In this document: one piece after another, positions 23,343-24,382 of the stretch
How positions within the stretch are numbered: position 1 is the first letter of the stretch
How the letters are laid out: the number at the start of each line of letters is the position of its first letter
Position numbers and translations under genes: made by a program
Virus record (IMG/VR): IMGVR_UViG_3300025896_000025
Direction: 5' to 3' (one strand)
Length of the DNA: 24,382 nucleotides
Origin: an uncultured virus (IMG/VR IMGVR_UViG_3300025896_000025)
Lineage: Duplodnaviria; Heunggongvirae; Uroviricota; Caudoviricetes
Notes under the pieces: model-generated
The model's input: only the letters and a program-made list of their open reading frames with translations
What the model was told of the DNA's origin: nothing
Database searches by the model: none

Positions 23343-23731
23343 TCTGCGAGCTCCTGAGGGATGGTAAGTTCATGCTTGACTGCGACACGGAGAAGCGCGT
23401 CTCGATCGACGGTTGAACCCATGGAAAGATCATGAGCATCCTGTAAATCAATCAGTAGCTTCCGATCGTGCTCTACAAGTCCGGATAACTCGTACAAGGA
23501 GTATCTGTCTCTATCGAAATCGTCATCAAAGATGTAACAAATCGATCCCATCTTCTCCATCTCCGGGTTATAGAGCTCGTCAGGGATGAGCTGGCCCGCA
23601 GCACACTTACGACCCTTGTCGTCTCGATACATGCAACTACTGTAGGAATCGGTAGCTAGAGCCCGCTCAAACCCCTGCGCTGCTAGGCCCTTGACTACAA
23701 TGTCGAATGTCTGTTGCTTGGTGAACTTCAC
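23339..23731 (-). CDS. Conserved-looking phage hypothetical protein
   Basis: CMYR..GRKCAAGQLIPD..LQDAHD pattern; GTGA overlap. Confidence 0.8.
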   Translation of the reverse strand: MKFTKQQTFDIVVKGLAAQGFERALATDSYSSCMYRDDKGRKCAAGQLIPDELYNPEMEKMGSICYIFDDDFDRDRYSLYELSGLVEHDRKLLIDLQDAHDLSMGSTVDRDALLRVAVKHELTIPQELAE

Positions 23732-23970
23732 AGTACCGACTCCAAGTTAAAGCTAAACGGCTTTACTGCTTTGTCATCCTCATCAAACGCTTTGATGAAG
23801 TGTTGGACTACGACAGGTGTTGCTAATTCTCCTTCAGTGTAACAGATTTCATAGAGCCCGACGAATACCTCCGCGAGACCGGCGTCGTTCAAGGCAAGAG
23901 CTACAGGGCATCGATCCCCACAGTGAGGGATCCCCTTATCGATGTGGTCGGCTGTGACACTAACCTGCAT
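23728..23970 (-). CDS. Phage hypothetical protein
   Basis: VTADHIDKG..CPVALAL; RBS AGGAG. Confidence 0.8.
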   Translation of the reverse strand: MQVSVTADHIDKGIPHCGDRCPVALALNDAGLAEVFVGLYEICYTEGELATPVVVQHFIKAFDEDDKAVKPFSFNLESVL

Positions 23971-23976
23971 TTTCGT

Positions 23977-24219
23977 TTACTCCTGCTCGATGATGACTTT
24001 GAAGCCAGGGGGGAGGCGGCGAAATAGAAAGAGAAGTGAATTAGACATCTCTCTCCAACCCATTACCTTGGGCGAAATGCTATACATAAGATCAAAACCT
24101 GGACAAGTCACGACGTATCCCCTGTAGTTGTCAGAAATGATTTCATACAAAACGTCTTCCTCCAGTTGGGAAAACCGCAGTATGGGACCGGTCTCTTCAA
24201 CTTCCGATGTGATTTTCAC
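23977..24219 (-). CDS. Hypothetical protein
   Basis: 80 aa, GTG start with RBS GAGGA. Confidence 0.7.
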   Translation of the reverse strand: MKITSEVEETGPILRFSQLEEDVLYEIISDNYRGYVVTCPGFDLMYSISPKVMGWREMSNSLLFLFRRLPPGFKVIIEQE

Positions 24220-24382
24220 GCTTACATTCCTCTACTAGGTTACGGAGCCGGCTGTCGTCAGGGACTAGCCGGTCCAGTTCGGTGGTGAAGTGTTTGATGG
24301 CTTTGGGCTTCAGTGGGAAGTCCAGGACTTGGAGACGGATCCCGTCTTGGGAGACCATCCACCCTTTTTCGTGTCGATGGAT
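24197..24382 (-). CDS. 3' end of a hypothetical gene (partial)
   Basis: Open frame from the window edge: IHRHEKGWMVSQDG...RENHIGS*. Confidence 0.55.
   Translation of the reverse strand: MHRHEKGWMVSQDGIRLQVLDFPLKPKAIKHFTTELDRLVPDDSRLRNLVEECKRENHIGS

Noticed and set aside
1..24382. CRISPR array, DGR or IS element
   Set aside because: No spaced direct repeats, template/variable repeat pair, reverse transcriptase or transposase seen by eye.
1..24382. Apparent abundance of GATC/CGATCG as the MTase target
   Set aside because: Impression only; it needs a Markov-corrected k-mer count and methylome data.

Overview
This window is part of a temperate tailed dsDNA phage, almost entirely on the minus strand. 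Its host is probably an alphaproteobacterium, judging by tandem GAAC-N7-GAAC LexA boxes and a CtrA-like box. attP (3' half of tRNA-Cys) is intact between phage genes, so this is the excised/virion arrangement. In transcription order (right to left) it holds: small early/accessory genes including a pnuC-nadR NAD+ salvage pair and tandem acidic 66-aa paralogs; a 126-nt element closed by 17-bp inverted repeats; two large virion/adhesion proteins (one with Calx-beta, Ig-like and PL6-like beta-helix domains); an HNH gene behind LexA boxes with a hairpin-blocked start and a 27-bp palindrome; xis-int-attP; an HTH regulator; and a replication module (SF2 helicase, SSB-like protein, start-less HNH, adenine MTase, 5'-3' exonuclease, HNH, family A DNA polymerase). 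The polymerase reading frame carries a single in-frame TAA. All calls come from reading motifs by eye; no database searches were run.
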